In this document: positions 25,115 through 38,748 of the stretch, in pieces
How positions within the stretch are numbered: the stretch's first letter is position 1
Layout: each line of letters starts with the position of its first letter
Source: Laetmonice hystrix
Taxonomy: Eukaryota
Assembly (NCBI GenBank): GCA_965235115.1
Contig: OZ249449.1
Coordinates: 8,804,001-8,868,000, forward strand
Direction: 5' to 3'
Length of the DNA stretch: 64,000 nt
Notes under the pieces: generated by a model
Database searches by the model: none
Told to the model about the DNA's origin: nothing
Seen by the model: the letters and a program-made list of their open reading frames with translations, nothing else
Translations under genes and position numbers: made by a program

Positions 25115-26101
25115 ATGGGACCGTTTCAGAAACTAAGAAATGTATGTATCCGTTCCAATTTTTAAAGAATTCTCAGCGTTTTTATTGATGACCTTTAGCC
25201 TTTTGATGGTGGTGGGGGTCGTATCAAAATCCTACGAATTATGAAAAGTCTTCTTATCTAGAATCCGGTGTAGAATGCTAATTTTTGGGGTAAAAAAATC
25301 CTTCCATTTTGGACACAGGTCCATGGACATGGACATTAATTATACTGCAAATGATTTATGTTTTCTTGCAGGACATCAGGCTGTGTTTTAACTACACATG
25401 GATCATTTGCGCCGCGTCGTTCTTCGTGAAAACCGTGTCTGGTGGCGTGACGTACTCCATGGGGGTGTTTTACATAATCTTCTGTGAAAAACTAGAGGGA
25501 AGCAAAGAAATGATAGCCTTGGCCACATCCATGAATCTCGCTGTTATGTGTTCAACTGGTGAAGAAAATACTTAAAGATGTCCTCTCAGGGACTTTAAAA
25601 AATGCATGGTCATTTGAAAAGATACGTCTATAGCCTATTATAGCTGTTGATATCATTGATAGTTTCTCGAACTTTTTGATACTTTTTTATTGTGTGAAAC
25701 ACCCCCCATATAAGTCATCAAATGGACTTTTCCAGATTTAAACATCTTAAGAGCCCAAGATCCGACTCTGTTGGTTGGGGACTTTATCTGTTCCCACATA
25801 GAGTTGTTACAATGTCTATGTTCCAACGATGCGGGTATAATGTATAGTCTGCATGAACGTATCCAGGGAGGCCCCCTGTAACTAGATTTTCTGCCCCCCC
25901 CCCCGGACCCAATCAACCATATACCTCGTGGCAATCACACAAATTATACAGAAGTAGTTTACATATTCGGAAAGAAGTTATGTTATTCCATTTGCAGGAC
26001 CAATCTCTGCAGTTCTTGTCGCCAGGTGCGGAGAGAGATGGACCACCATTGCCGGGGCTCTCTTGGGAACAGTGGGCATGGTCTTTGCTTCCTTCTCTAC
26101 C
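25115..26101 (+). pseudogene. SLC16 type B copy B3, truncated. Exons 25115-25141, 25372-25558, 25998-26101
   Basis: Breaks at ...GMVFASFST and runs directly into the antisense of a type A exon. Confidence 0.9.
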
Positions 26102-26275
26102 CCAGCAAAGTGAGGGAATCAGCGCCACGACGGTCTGCGAGTCGTGGAAATGTCTGCTGAACATGATGTAGATGATACCCAAAGAGAGCAGTATGCCGGC
26201 GTGCAAGGCGTTGGCTGTAACACTTGCGGCACCAACCACCCAGCTGTAGCCAGAGTCAACCACTGGCTTGGCCAT
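26100..26275 (-). pseudogene. SLC16 type A fragment A' (first coding exon only; donor and exons 2-3 deleted)
   Basis: MAKPVVDSGYSW...IPSLCW (58 codons), then antisense B3. Upstream A-type 5' region is retained to ~26960. Confidence 0.9.
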
Positions 26276-27719
26276 AATGCTGAAAGAACAATGCAACAAT
26301 TTTGCATTAAAGACAGAGAGAATACATGTGTATATATAGACACTTATATGGTCAGACGGACAGACGTATTGGCAGCTCTGCCTCTTGAGTTGGAGCTAAT
26401 AGTAATAGGCTATGTAAACAACAACAAACAAACACAGAAAAGGAAAAAGAAACAACTTGCCTGCAGATGTATTAGTGAATCCTAGACGAACATCCACCCT
26501 GTCAACACGCGTAGCCAAACAGGTCTGGGAATCCTAAGGGGACTGACTACATGCGTGCATATATATGTCAGTACGTCACCCCAAAACCCTCCAGCAACCA
26601 TGAGTAAACACAATGTCAGGGTTATGTTACTCTTGAGGCAATTGAACATGTTTATGACAAGGTCACAAGCACTGCCCTAGGCCTATATAAACACATGCGC
26701 TTGGAGTATTTCTAGTTTGAGGAACAGAGCCAATAGTAAGCAAGAATTAACAAATAAGGGCTTTTTTCGCGGGGCCATGGGACGGGGCGATTTGTTGAAT
26801 GCACACCATCCCCGCATTTTTTCTACACGGTGCTCAACTGGAAGCAAACTGAGGGGGTGGCAGTGGCGGATTGGGGGGGGGGGGGGTGGCTTGGGGGACT
26901 TAAGTCTATACCAAAAATCAACGGAGCACTCATGGGGACTGCATTGTTGACTATAAGCATATAAGGTGTCTAAAATTTATAATTTCCCCAAGAAGTATAC
27001 CTTTCGATTGATTGTTACATGGTAAAAAAAATTGTTTCAGACCTGGGATTCATAGTAAAACTAAAGTCAATTTACAGAAGAAAAAATGCTTTGGTCGGTA
27101 CCTTTTTCCTGAAGAAATTCATTTTTGCAAAGCCCATCAGAAACGTTTTGCTAAGGGCCACACGAATTATGTTTCTAAATTTCAAACACAGATAACCTGA
27201 AGCATTAAATTACAAAGCATGATAGCAATAGAATGGAGAATAGGCCTAATAATTGAGATCATACATTCCAGCACCCAAAATTATCTCGGACGTCACGGAA
27301 AAAAAGGCACCTATACTTTGAACTGCTACAGAAACTACACCGTTAGGATGATATCAGTATAATGACATTTCTCAGAAACCTCATTACCTATAGAATACGT
27401 TTAGGCCAAAAATACATTAATATTCATGTTTTTCAATTTTGACCTTCTTTTTCGCCAAATGTACATTTCTGGGCGATATGACTACTTGCACTATGTGGCG
27501 TCGGTCTCTGTATACGGTAGTACAGAGACGGATACTCTGTCTACAGTGGTCCCAGAACTTCTCACGGTAGAATTCAAATCCCCCATGGTGCTTATTTGAG
27601 AAACGTGTGCTAGATTTGTGAGAGGTCCGTGGTTTCAGTGATGTACTTCAAGTTCCTCAACTGGAAAACTCACCACTTTGATTTAACCCTGGCTGTTCAC
27701 AGCTGAGTCGTAAACTTAA

Positions 27720-28045
27720 AGTGCCAACCTAAATTCCTGAAATATTTACCTCTGAACTCCAGTGACACCATATTAAAATGTCAAGTTCGAGCAATAAGCA
27801 AAAGTATTATAAAAATAGAGTTATGTTAAGGGCCCAGAGTTACTGTTCGGTCCGACCTCTATTGTCTAAAGCCGCTGGGAGCTAGCGGCAATGATGCGTG
27901 GTAACGACAGCAGAGACAATTTTGTTTTCATTTTTCGATTCCATTTTTAAAAATACTTTTGCTTATTGCTCGGACCTGAAATTTTAATGTGTCACTGGGG
28001 TCAAAGGTAATAATAATAAGTCTTTGGGGAATTTGGGGTGCCACA
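27720..28045. mobile_element. TTAA-flanked MITE, paralog of 6645-6971
   Basis: TTAA at 27716-19 and 28046-49; same TIRs. Confidence 0.75.
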
Positions 28046-28758
28046 TTAAGTTCGGGTCCATCTAACCTAATCCGTTTGGACTTTGTGACTTTATTGTGAA
28101 AATGTAGCGTGTACTTTTTTAACTGTCCGCAACTTGTGAAGTTCCAGAAATAGTCGAATCTTGATTCTTGAGGGGCATGTTTAGAATATTGGAAACCTAT
28201 TTCCGCCAGTACTAGTTGAACAACTATTATAAATACACAATGTACTGACAGTAACGCTTCTAATTCGCAGAAGTAATTTTAATATAACCCAGTGAGTCGG
28301 AATAGGAAAACGCGTCCTACTTTTGAAATGTATACTTGTAGTGAAAGGCCTAGTGTTAGATGATGCTATACACAGCACTGGGTTTTTCTTAGCAGGTTTA
28401 TATTGGTAGAGTTATCCTTGATTTCATGGGGGCCTTCTCATTACCGAGATCTGTATATAGTCTCCTCAACCCGTCAATCAATGTAGTTCTTTTCACCTCT
28501 CTGTTGCAAGAAGGTATATTTTAATAATATCAATTAAAGAAAACGTAAGGCACCTCGCGTAATACAACGTAAATCGATTCTAAACAGGCGTAGCAAGTTA
28601 CCAGGGTCGGTGAGTAGGCCTATTTATGATATTTAATCAATTACAGTAGTATTATTGCTAATAGTTGGAGAAACGAGACGTAACTATGTCTGCAATTGAT
28701 CTAGATCTACGCTAGACTGCCAACACTACCACCAGAATGCCTTGAAACCCCGTTTCCT

Positions 28759-30973
28759 TTATATATTCTCATTTTGTCCAACTTTTCTTTCCTGGAGCGT
28801 TTTTGCTGGACGTGCTCCGCGGAGCTGGCTGCAGACGGTATGAATGAGAACGAGGCCTGATGTCACCATCAGACCTCCCGCCAAGTGAAACGACATCCCA
28901 TAATTCCCGGTTGATCGATACAGGATTTCTGTGGGTGTATAAGGAACAAGTCATTCAAAGTTGTTTCAAGTGGTGATTTAAGATAATTTTATCTATAATA
29001 TTATATAGACGGTGAAAATTATGTTCAATTGTTTAATGGGTAGGCCCTATGGTACCTAGAGCGGCCAACCACCATTTTTTTACCATCTTCCCTCAAAGAG
29101 GTTCAGCATGCACTGCACGCAACGTTGTGTTACATTGTCATGAATCGTGATGAATAAGGCAATTTCCTACCGCTCGATTAAGCGACCAGTATTTATAGAA
29201 CATGTATTGCAAATGTATCGTACAAACCTACCTGAGAGGACTAGTGACCCACATAAATATAGGCCTATATGAGAAACTTTTGAGTTGAGCCAATTGCCCA
29301 CAGACTGTGGTTCCTTATGGATTATTTTTGTGATACCTTTACGTAAAAAACTTGATTTCTTGCATTCTTGTGGATCACAAGAAATTGCGATGGGTCACAA
29401 GACATCTTACGATAAGTCTTACGGAGTTTAAAACCATGAGAAAAAGCTGCAAGAACACCGCAAGGAGACCACAACGATAGGGTCCAACTGCTTACGCCAC
29501 AACACACGGCAATCACTCCGCAAAGGGAACTGCAAAGAACCACAATCTATTGGCATGCAATTAGCTTGACTCTACTCAAGAAGGAGGAACTCATACCACC
29601 AAGCGGCCCACCAAGGATGGTTCCAGGGCCGGCAGATAGACACAGAGTCCCAAAGGCGGTCGGGACGGAATCTAGGTCAACCACCTGGGTCGTGTTGTGA
29701 AGCCAGTTCGAATGCATGGGCGCTGACAGTATGCCGTAAACAACAGCAAACGCGACCAGACCACGTAAGGACGACACAAACACTGGAAAGACAACCGTCA
29801 AGACACCAAGCAGAGTATTTACTGACAAGGAAATAATTAAGGGATTCATTCGGGGTATTTGTAGCAAAAAGCCTGACAGAAATCTGGCAATTGTTGACGA
29901 GATTCCAAGGATGAAATATAGAAACGCAGCATCCTCTTCGGTGTATCCCAAACTTAATGCGTACCATCCCAAATGTAAATATATCACACTTGTCGCCATT
30001 GAATATATTCCTGTGCTCAGACACAGCGATAGAAGTGCTTGATTTCGTAACAGAGTGAAATACTTCAGGCATTGTCGGAAAATTCCACCTGACGTTTCTC
30101 TTGCTGAATTCTTGCTTCCTACTTCCATTTCTTTATTTGGCCTGTAGATGGCGCCACAAACCACACAATTCAGTAGGAGGCCGGCCATCATTAAAATGGC
30201 CCCCCGCCAACCGTAAACCTCATCTAAACGTTGGATCACGACAGGAAAAGTCATTGAGGCTACTCCGATCCCACCACTGGCAAGTCCAACGACGAAACCG
30301 AGTCGTTTGTCGAAATATTTTGTCAGGATGGACATGGCTGGTACGTATATGGAGCTCAGCCCGATTCCTAGCAGTATTCCATAGGTAAAAAGGACTTGGC
30401 CAGAGCTAGTTGCAAATGACGTCATAACCAAACTGGCAGAAGACAGTGTCGCCCCAAATATTGAGACTCTTCGTTCACCATATCGCTCTACGAAAATACC
30501 ACACAGAGGTCCTGAAAAAAGCAACGCAAAAGGTCTGAACCCCACTGAGAAAGACTTAAGTCTGGATGTGCAAGTATACATGTAGGCCTATATATTTGAG
30601 CCTCGCAGATGTAGTCTGACCTTCCATTATTTCATCTCATTTCATTATTGAAACTTATTATGAAGCAAAAGGGATTCAGAAAATCCTTCTTTCCAAGTTT
30701 TCATTGTATCCGAATGCTTAATGCATTACATAAATTCTGAGATTTAATTATAACATCATATGGTGTATTCGATGTATTACCCCCAAAAAAGTACATCCCC
30801 CAGCAAAGTGACGGAATCAGCGCCACGACGGTCTGCGAGTCGTGGAAATGTCTGTTGAACATGATGTAGATGATACCCAAAGAGAGCAGTATGCCGGCGT
30901 GCAAGGCGTTGGCTGTAACACTGGCGGCACCAACCACCCAGCTGTAGCCAGAGTCAACCACTGGCTTGGCCAT
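28759..30973 (-). CDS. SLC16 type A, copy A2 (425 aa). Exons 30973-30781, 30511-29597, 28928-28759
   Basis: Same exon sizes as A1 (193/915/170), canonical sites, open frame. Confidence 0.9.
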
Positions 30974-32597
30974 AATGCTGAAAGAACAATGCAACAATTT
31001 TGCATTAAAGACAGAGAGAATACATGTGTAGACACTTATATGGTCGGACGGACGAACGTATTGGCAGCTCTGCCTCTTGAGTTGGAGCTAATAGTAATAG
31101 GCTATGTAAACAACAACAACAGAAAAAGAAAAAGAAAAAGAAACAACTTGCCTGCAGATGTATTAGTGAATCCTAGACGAACATCCACCCTGTCAACACG
31201 CGTAGCCAAACTGGAAATCCTAAGGGGACTGACTACATGCGTGCATATATATGTCAGTACGTCACCCCAAAACCCTCCAGGAGATAGGTGAATGCATCAT
31301 TGGATACCACGGTACGCCAGCTCTCTAAGCAACCATGAGTAAACACAACGTCAGGGTTATGTTACTCTTGGGGCCATTGAACATTTGTATGACAAGGTCA
31401 CAAGCACTGCTGAAGGCCTATATAAACACATGCGCTTGGAGTATTTCTAGTTTGAGGAAAAGAGTCAATAGTAAGCAAGAATTAACAAATAAGGTTTTTT
31501 TTTCGCTGGGCCACGGGACGGGGCGATTTGTTGAATGGACACCATCCCTGCATTTTTTCTACACGGTGCTCAACTGGAAGCAAACTGAGGGGGTAGCAGT
31601 GGCGGATCGGGAGGGGGAGGGGGCTTGAGGGGCTTGAGGGGCTAAATCTATACCAAACCTCAACGGAGCACTCATGGGGACTGCATTGTTCACTATAAGC
31701 ATATCACAATGATGATGGTCAGGCAGGCTCATTGCTAAAGCCCCAGTCCCACCAACGCCGATTGTATATGCCGTTCTGTCAAGATCTGAAATTTATGTTA
31801 AGTCGTGATGAATCGTAATGAAACAATAACAACCGGAAGACCTAGCTAGTAAGGCTCAGTCAGTGAGGCTTACGACCACTCAATGTTAAAAATTGGTGTG
31901 TCACTGGCAACGCAAATTCATGTACCGATCAACTCACCGGCATCCATTTATCACGGGCCACGTCTTCTTTTAGTGGTTCGACAAGTATTTTAAGGATAAA
32001 ACATCAAATTTCGAAGTGCCGTACAGCTGCGGCTTCTGTTGCCTGTTTATGTCCCAGCATGCATCTCTCTGACCTAACAAGGTCCCCTGCTCTACGTATG
32101 TCGTAACATAGCGGACGCGTCTGTTAGGCAGGGTACAAGGCTACTCCCTGACTCGGGAGGTCAAAATAGCCGCGATAGGCAGAGAGCGAAATTCGTCGAT
32201 TCCAGACTTTGTGCTGCCCTTATTATGTCTCGTCGTGCTTTCCAAACTTGGAAATAAGTGAGATAAGTTACTTTAAGCGTGTTTATTATTATTCAGTTCA
32301 GATATATGGGCAGGGGAGGGGTTTTCATAGTGGTTAGATGATTTGACCGAACACACCAGGAACTTGCACTATGTGGCGTCCGTCTCTGTATACGGTAGTA
32401 CAGAGACGGATACTCTGTCTACAGTGGTCCCAGAACTTCTCACGGTAGAATTCAAATCCCCCATGGTGACTATTTGAGAAACGTGTGCTAGATTTGTTAG
32501 AGGTCGGTGGTTTCAGTGATGTACTTTAAGTTCCTCAACTGGAAAACTCACCATTTTGATTTAACCCTGGCTGTTCACAGCTGAGTCGTAAACTTTA

Positions 32598-32913
32598 AGT
32601 GCCAACCTAAATTCCTGAACCTAAACTCCAGTGACACCATATTAAAATGTCAAGTTCGAGCAATAAGCAAAAGTATTATAAAAATAGAGTTATGTTAAGG
32701 GCCCAGAGTTACTGTTCGGTCCGACCTCTATTTTCTGAAGCCGCTGGGAGCTAGCGGCAATGATGCGTGGTAACGACAGCAGAGACAATTTTGTTTTCAT
32801 TTTTCCATTCCATTTTAAAAATACTTTTGCTTATTGCTCGAACCTGAAATTTCAATGTGTCACTGGGGTCAAAGGTAATAATAATAAGTCTTTGGGGAAT
32901 TTGGGGTGAAACA
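32598..32913. mobile_element. TTAA-type MITE, third paralog with decayed ends
   Basis: Same internal sequence as 6645-6971. Confidence 0.7.
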
Positions 32914-33695
32914 TTAAGTTCGGGTCCATCTAACCTAATCCGTTTGGACTTTGTGACTTTATTGTGAAAACGTAGCGTGCACTTTTTTAACTGTCCAAAA
33001 TAGTCGAATCTTGATTCTTGAGGAGCATGTTTAGAATATTGGAAACCTATTTCCGCCAGTACTAATTGAACAACTATTATAAATACACAATGTACTGACA
33101 GTAACGCTTCTAATTCGCAGAAGTAATTTTAATATAACCCAGTGAGTCGGAATAGGAAAACGCGTCCTACTTTTGAAATGTGGAATCAGAGTCATATAGG
33201 CCCTTGAGCCATACAAACTACCCATCAAACTAACATGGAAAGTTAGTAGACTAAAGATTATATCCGAGAAACGCCTACTTGTCGTGAAAGGCCTAGTGTT
33301 AGATGATGCTATACACAGGGGTTTTTCTTAGCAGGTTTATATTGGTAGAGTTATCCTTGATTTCATGGGGGCCTTCTCATTACTGAGATCTGTATAGTCT
33401 CCTCAACCCGTCAATCAATGTAGTTCTTTTCACCTCTCTGTTGCAAGAAGGTATATTTTAATAATATCAATTAAAGAAAACGTAAGGCACCTCACCTAAT
33501 ATAACGTAAAACGATTCTAAACAGACGTAGCAAGTTACCAGGGTCGGTGAGTAGGCCTATTTATGATATTTAATCAATTACAGTAGTATTATTGCTAATA
33601 GTTAGAGAAACGAGACGTAACTATGTCTGCAATTGATCTAGATCTACGCTAGACTGCCAACACTACCACCAGAATGCCTTGAAACCCCGTTTCCT

Positions 33696-36007
33696 TTATA
33701 TATTCTCAATTTGTCCAACTTTTCTTTCCTGGACCGTTGTTGCTGGACGTGCTCCGCGGAGCTGGCTGCAGACGGTATGAATGAGAACGAGGCCTGATGT
33801 CACCACCAGACCTCCCGCCAAGTGAAACGACATCCCATAATTCCCAGTTGATCGATACAGGATTTCTGTGGGTGTAAAGAGTGAGTGAGAGTGAGTAGTG
33901 GTGGTTTTCCGCCGTGCCGGCATCCGGGGCCATCTTCACGGCGAAAACTGGGTTAAAAGACCATGAAATGAGTGGGTGTAAAGAACAAGTCATTCAAAGT
34001 TGTTTCAAGTTGTGATTTAAGATAATTTTATCTATAGACGGCGAAAATTCTGTTTAATTGTTTGATGGGTAGACCCTATGGTACCTAGAGCGGCCAACCA
34101 CCAGTTTTGTTTTACCATCTTCCCTCAAAGAGGTTCAGCATGCACTGCACGCGACGTTGCGTTACATTGTCATGAATCGTGATAAATGAGGCAATTTCCT
34201 ACCGCTCAATTAAGCGACCAGTATTTATAGAACATGTATTGCAAATCAATCGTACAAACCTACCTGAGAGGACTAGTGACCCACATAAATATAGGCCTAT
34301 ATGAGAAACTTTTGAGTTGAGCCAATTGCCCACAGACTGTGGTTCCTTATGGATTATTTTTGTGATACCTTTACGTAAAAAACTTGATTTCTTGCATTCT
34401 TGTGGATCACAAGAAATTGCGATGGATCACAAGACATCTTCCGATAAGTCTTACGGAGTTTAAAACCATGAGAAAAAGCTGCAAGAACACCGCAAGGAGA
34501 CCACAACGATAGGGTCCAACTGCTTACGCCACAACACACGGCAATCACTCCGCAAAGGGAACTGGAAAGAACCACAATCTATTGGCATGCAATTGGCTTG
34601 ACTCTACTCAAGAAGGAGGAACTCATACCACCAAGCGGCCCACCAAGGATGGTTCCAGGGCCGGCAGATAGACACAGAGTGCCAAAGGCGGTCGGGACGG
34701 AATCTAGGTCAACCACCTGGGTCGTGTTGTGAAGCCAGTTTGAATGCATGGGCGCTGACAGTATGCCGTAAACAACAGCAAACGCGACCAGACCACGTAA
34801 GGACAACACAAACACTGGAAAGACAACCGTCAAGACACCAAGCAGAGTATTTACTGACAAGGAAATAATTAAGGGATTCATTCGGGGTATTTGTAGCAAA
34901 AAGCCTGACAGAAATCTGGCAATTGTTGACGAGATTCCAAGGATGAAATATAGAAACGCAGCATCCTCTTCGGTGTACCCCAAACTTAAAGCGTACCATC
35001 CCAAATGTAAATATATCACACTTGTCGCCATTGAATATATTCCTGTGCTCAGACACAGCGATAGAAGTGCTTGATTTCGTAACAGAGTGAAATACTTGAG
35101 GCATTGTTGGAAAATTCCACCTGACGTTTCTCTTGCTGCCTTCTTGTTTCCTACTTCCATATCTTTATTTGGCCTGTAGATGGCGCCACAAACCACACAA
35201 TTCAGTAGGAGGCCGGCCATCATTAAAATGGCCCCCCGCCAACCGTACACCTCATCTAAACGTTGGATCACGACAGGAAAAGTCATTGAGGCTACTCCGA
35301 CCCCACCACTGGCAAGTCCAACGACGAAACCGAGTCGTTTGTCGAAATATTTTGTCAGGATGGACATGGCTGGTACGTATAGGGAGCTCAGCCCGATTCC
35401 TAGCAGTATTCCATAGGTAAAAAGGACTTGGCCAGAGCTAGTTGCAAATGACGTCATAACCAAACTGGCAGAAGACAGTGTCGCCCCAAATATTGAGACT
35501 CTTCGTTCACCATATCGCTCTACGAAAATACCACACAGAGGTCCTGAAAAAAAAGCAACGCAAAAGGTCTGAACCCCACTGAGAAAGACTTAAGTCTGCA
35601 TGTGCAAGTATACATGTAGGCCTATATATTTGAGCCTCGCAGATGTAGTCTGACCTTCCATTATTTCATTTCATTTCATTATTGAAACTTATTATGAAGC
35701 AAAAGGGATTCAGAAAATCCTTCTTTCCAAGTTTTCATTGTATCCGAATGCTTAATGCATTACACAATTTCTGAGATATAATTAAAACATCATGTGGTGT
35801 ATTCGATGTATTTCCCCCAAAAAAGTTCATCCCCCAGCAAAGTGACGGAATCAGCGCCACGACGGTCTGCGAGTCGTGGAAATGTCTGCTGAACATGATG
35901 TAGATGATACCCATGGAGAGAAGTATTGCGGCGTGTAAGGCGTTGGCTGTAACACTGGCGGCACCAACCACCCAGCTGTAGCCAGAGTCAACCACTGGCT
36001 TGGCCAT
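33696..36007 (-). pseudogene. SLC16 type A copy A3, probable splice-defective. Exons 36007-35815, 35543-34629, 33865-33696
   Basis: Exons are open, but the first coding-intron donor is G|GAAATA (35814-13) where A1, A2 and A4 have G|GTAATA. Confidence 0.7.
33881..33971 (-). mobile_element. 91-bp 5'-truncated retroposon (SINE/LINE 3' end) with 13-bp TSD
   Basis: TSD GTGGGTGTAAAGA at 33868-80 and 33972-84. Minus-strand 3' tail CACTACTCACTCTCACTCAC. Absent from A1, A2 and A4. Confidence 0.85.
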
Positions 36008-36095
36008 AATGCTAAAAGAACAATGCAAAAATTGTGCATTAAAGACAGAGAGAATACATGTGTAGACACTTATATGGTCGGACGGACGGACGTAG

Positions 36096-37721
36096 TGTAG
36101 CGGGATTTCCCTGACCTGAGACATTAAATTCGGGTCATGGAGCACCGACTAGCTGTAACGGGCTTTAGGGGCGAGTGGGCCATAATAGAAGTATTCGGGT
36201 TACTCTTATGATAGGCACCGACTTTACAAGGGGAGAGGGAATAAATAATAGGCGTGCCGTTTAACTCTTAAACAGAGTTCCTGTTTTACAGGGGCTTATA
36301 GGGCGTACTTCTCGTTGTGTTCAAATTAGTACTTCATTATGCGTGGGGAGGACAACGGGTAGGAACGGATTACTGGATGGCGTTAACACTATTCTGGGAA
36401 ATCGAGAACTCTCAGACCGTCAGTTTAAATTAAGAAAATACTTTGGCTTTAATGCAGTAGTAACATATACATGGCCTAGCATCCACCGCTAGGAACATCG
36501 TTCTCCAACTATTTATACCGTCACGATTATACCTACACCGGCCTGCTACTGGACGCCGACTTAGCATCCTCCGCAAACATTGAGGCTCGCTCGGCCTGAC
36601 CCACTTTCACTATTACTGGCTTAACGCATACGTATAGCCTACGCACATCATTACATACAACCCGGTGGTTGTACCACGCACTTAAACCTAATCCAACCTA
36701 AAACCTCACCCTAGCCGAGAAGGCGGGCAACTAGGGCGTAACTCTACTAAACTAAATAAACCTTGTCAATCTTCACATCATAAAACGGCTATTTAAACCT
36801 GCGTGAATGACCCACACACAAAACAATCGTAACACAGCATTGCATTTCTGACTGAGCACGTAAATAAAACCCGCAAAATAAAAGTAGCATCTTGGGAGGC
36901 TGACGGAACGTGATCATACCTGGTTTGTTTGATCAGGGGGTAGGAAGGGAAAGGTGGCGGCAACTGGAGGGTGGTCACGCCGGCGCGTGCGAGAAGCACG
37001 GTCAACGGCGGTGTCTGAGGGTGGCTGAAGGTTGCTGAGGCTGGTAACGATGCAGGCTCTAAGTAGGTGAGGTTTCCCTTACGAGCGGCAAACTCGCTCC
37101 GTATTTATAGGCCGGGGTCCTGGAGGGGCAGATGAGGGGAGGGCGGTCAGTATCCAATGGGAGGGCTCCATCTCAGATGGACTGAGAAAAGGATGAATCA
37201 AGGGGGGGGGGCGAGGACGGATGTGGTAATGGTCTAAAAATAGATGGACTGGGCCAGGAGGGATGGACGGAAGTGGGTATCTGCCTACAGCAGTGAAGGG
37301 TTCCTGACTTCTGATTAGAGGATAAAATAAATGCGCTTCACTCGCATTCTGCCTTAAGAAATATACCATATACTAAAAGGAGTTCCCCTAAAATAAAGTA
37401 ACATACTGATAACTACACCATGAGAAAATAAGGTTCTAGGGAAGGAACAAATAAGTCACCGGCCTGTCAGGCCGCTGTGCGGACCGAGACTAAACAAAAT
37501 GGCTCCCGATTGCTGTTGTGGATCACTCTTACAATGACATATACCTGATACTATAACAATACAACTGCTTAACAAGGCAAATCACGGTATGTTACCAATA
37601 AACGATGGACACAGGATGACACACCAAATCCTGTGAACCTAGGTCAACACATTATTAAATAACGAGCAAGAGACTACACTGTGGGCACATTATCGCTCAC
37701 ACCATGAGTTAAACCGCTTCA
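36096..37721 (-). mobile_element. 1626-bp solo LTR (Gypsy-like 4-bp TSD) in the A3 5'-UTR intron
   Basis: TG...CA ends with inverted TGTAGCGG / CCGCTTCA. TSD GTAG/CTAG; empty site GTAG at 9955-58. Minus-strand TATAAATA at 37109-02, CCAAT at 37154-58, GC box at 37141. No internal coding region. Confidence 0.8.
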
Positions 37722-38748
37722 CTAGAAACAAATTGGCAGCTCTGCCTCTTGAGTTGGAGCTAATAGTAGGCCAAATTATGTAAACAACAACAAACAAACA
37801 CAGAAAAAGAAAAAGAAACAACTTGCCTGCAGATGTATTAGTGAATCCTAGACGAACATCCACCCTGTCAACACGTGTAGCCAAACAGGTCTGGGAATCC
37901 TAAGGGGACTGACTACATCCGTGCATATATGTGTGTCAGTACGTCACCCCACAAACCCTCCAGGAGATAGGTGAATGCATCATTAGATAATACCACGGTA
38001 CCCCAGCTCTCTAAGCAACCATGAGTAAACACAACGTCAGGGTTATGTTACTCTTGGGGCCATTGAACATTTGTATGACAAGGTCACAAGCACTGCCGTA
38101 GGCCTATATAAACACGTGTTAGGGCCTCATTTATGCGCTTGGAGTATTTCTAATTTGAGGAAAAGAGCCAATAGTAAGCAAGAATTAACAAATAAGGGTT
38201 TTTTTTCGCTGGGCCACGGGACGGGGCGATTTGTTGAATGGACACCACCCCTGCATTTTTTCTACACGGTGCTCAACTGGAAGCAAACTGAGGGAGTGGC
38301 GGATCGGGAGGGGGGGGGGGAGGGGGGCTTGAGGGGCTTAAGTCTATACCAAACCTTAACGGAGCACTCATGGGGACTGGATTGTTGACTATAAGCATAT
38401 GTCAGTGATGATGGTCAGGCAGGCTCATTGCTAAAGCCCCAGTCCCACCAAAGCCGATTGTATACTATGTTCTATGCCGTTCTGTCAAGATCTGAAATTT
38501 ATTTTAAGTCGTGTTGAATCGTAATGAAAATAACAACCCGAAGACCTAGCTACGAATCTTAACGTACGGTTTCTGATTGGTCGCAAGATCGTCGGTGACT
38601 GGTTAAATCTCCTGAGCTAAAATACGAGTTTTGCTGCTGGTTATGCCAGGGCGTATGTATAGATCTACGTAAGCACGCAAAGCACGCAAACGTTATGCAC
38701 TGGTCTCAGGATGGCAGGTCGGGGCATCAAGGCCTCTCGGCTCATGTC

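Larger units (their letters stand above)
5896..26101. repeat. Segmental duplication, copy 1 (A1, B1, B2, truncated B3)
   Basis: Colinear and near-identical to 31849-54749, including intergenic DNA and MITEs. Confidence 0.9.

Noticed and set aside
25913-26299. 128-aa chimeric ORF across the A'/B3 junction as a new protein
   Set aside because: Only two TM segments plus antisense-derived sequence; no evidence of function. The locus is reported for its RNA potential instead.
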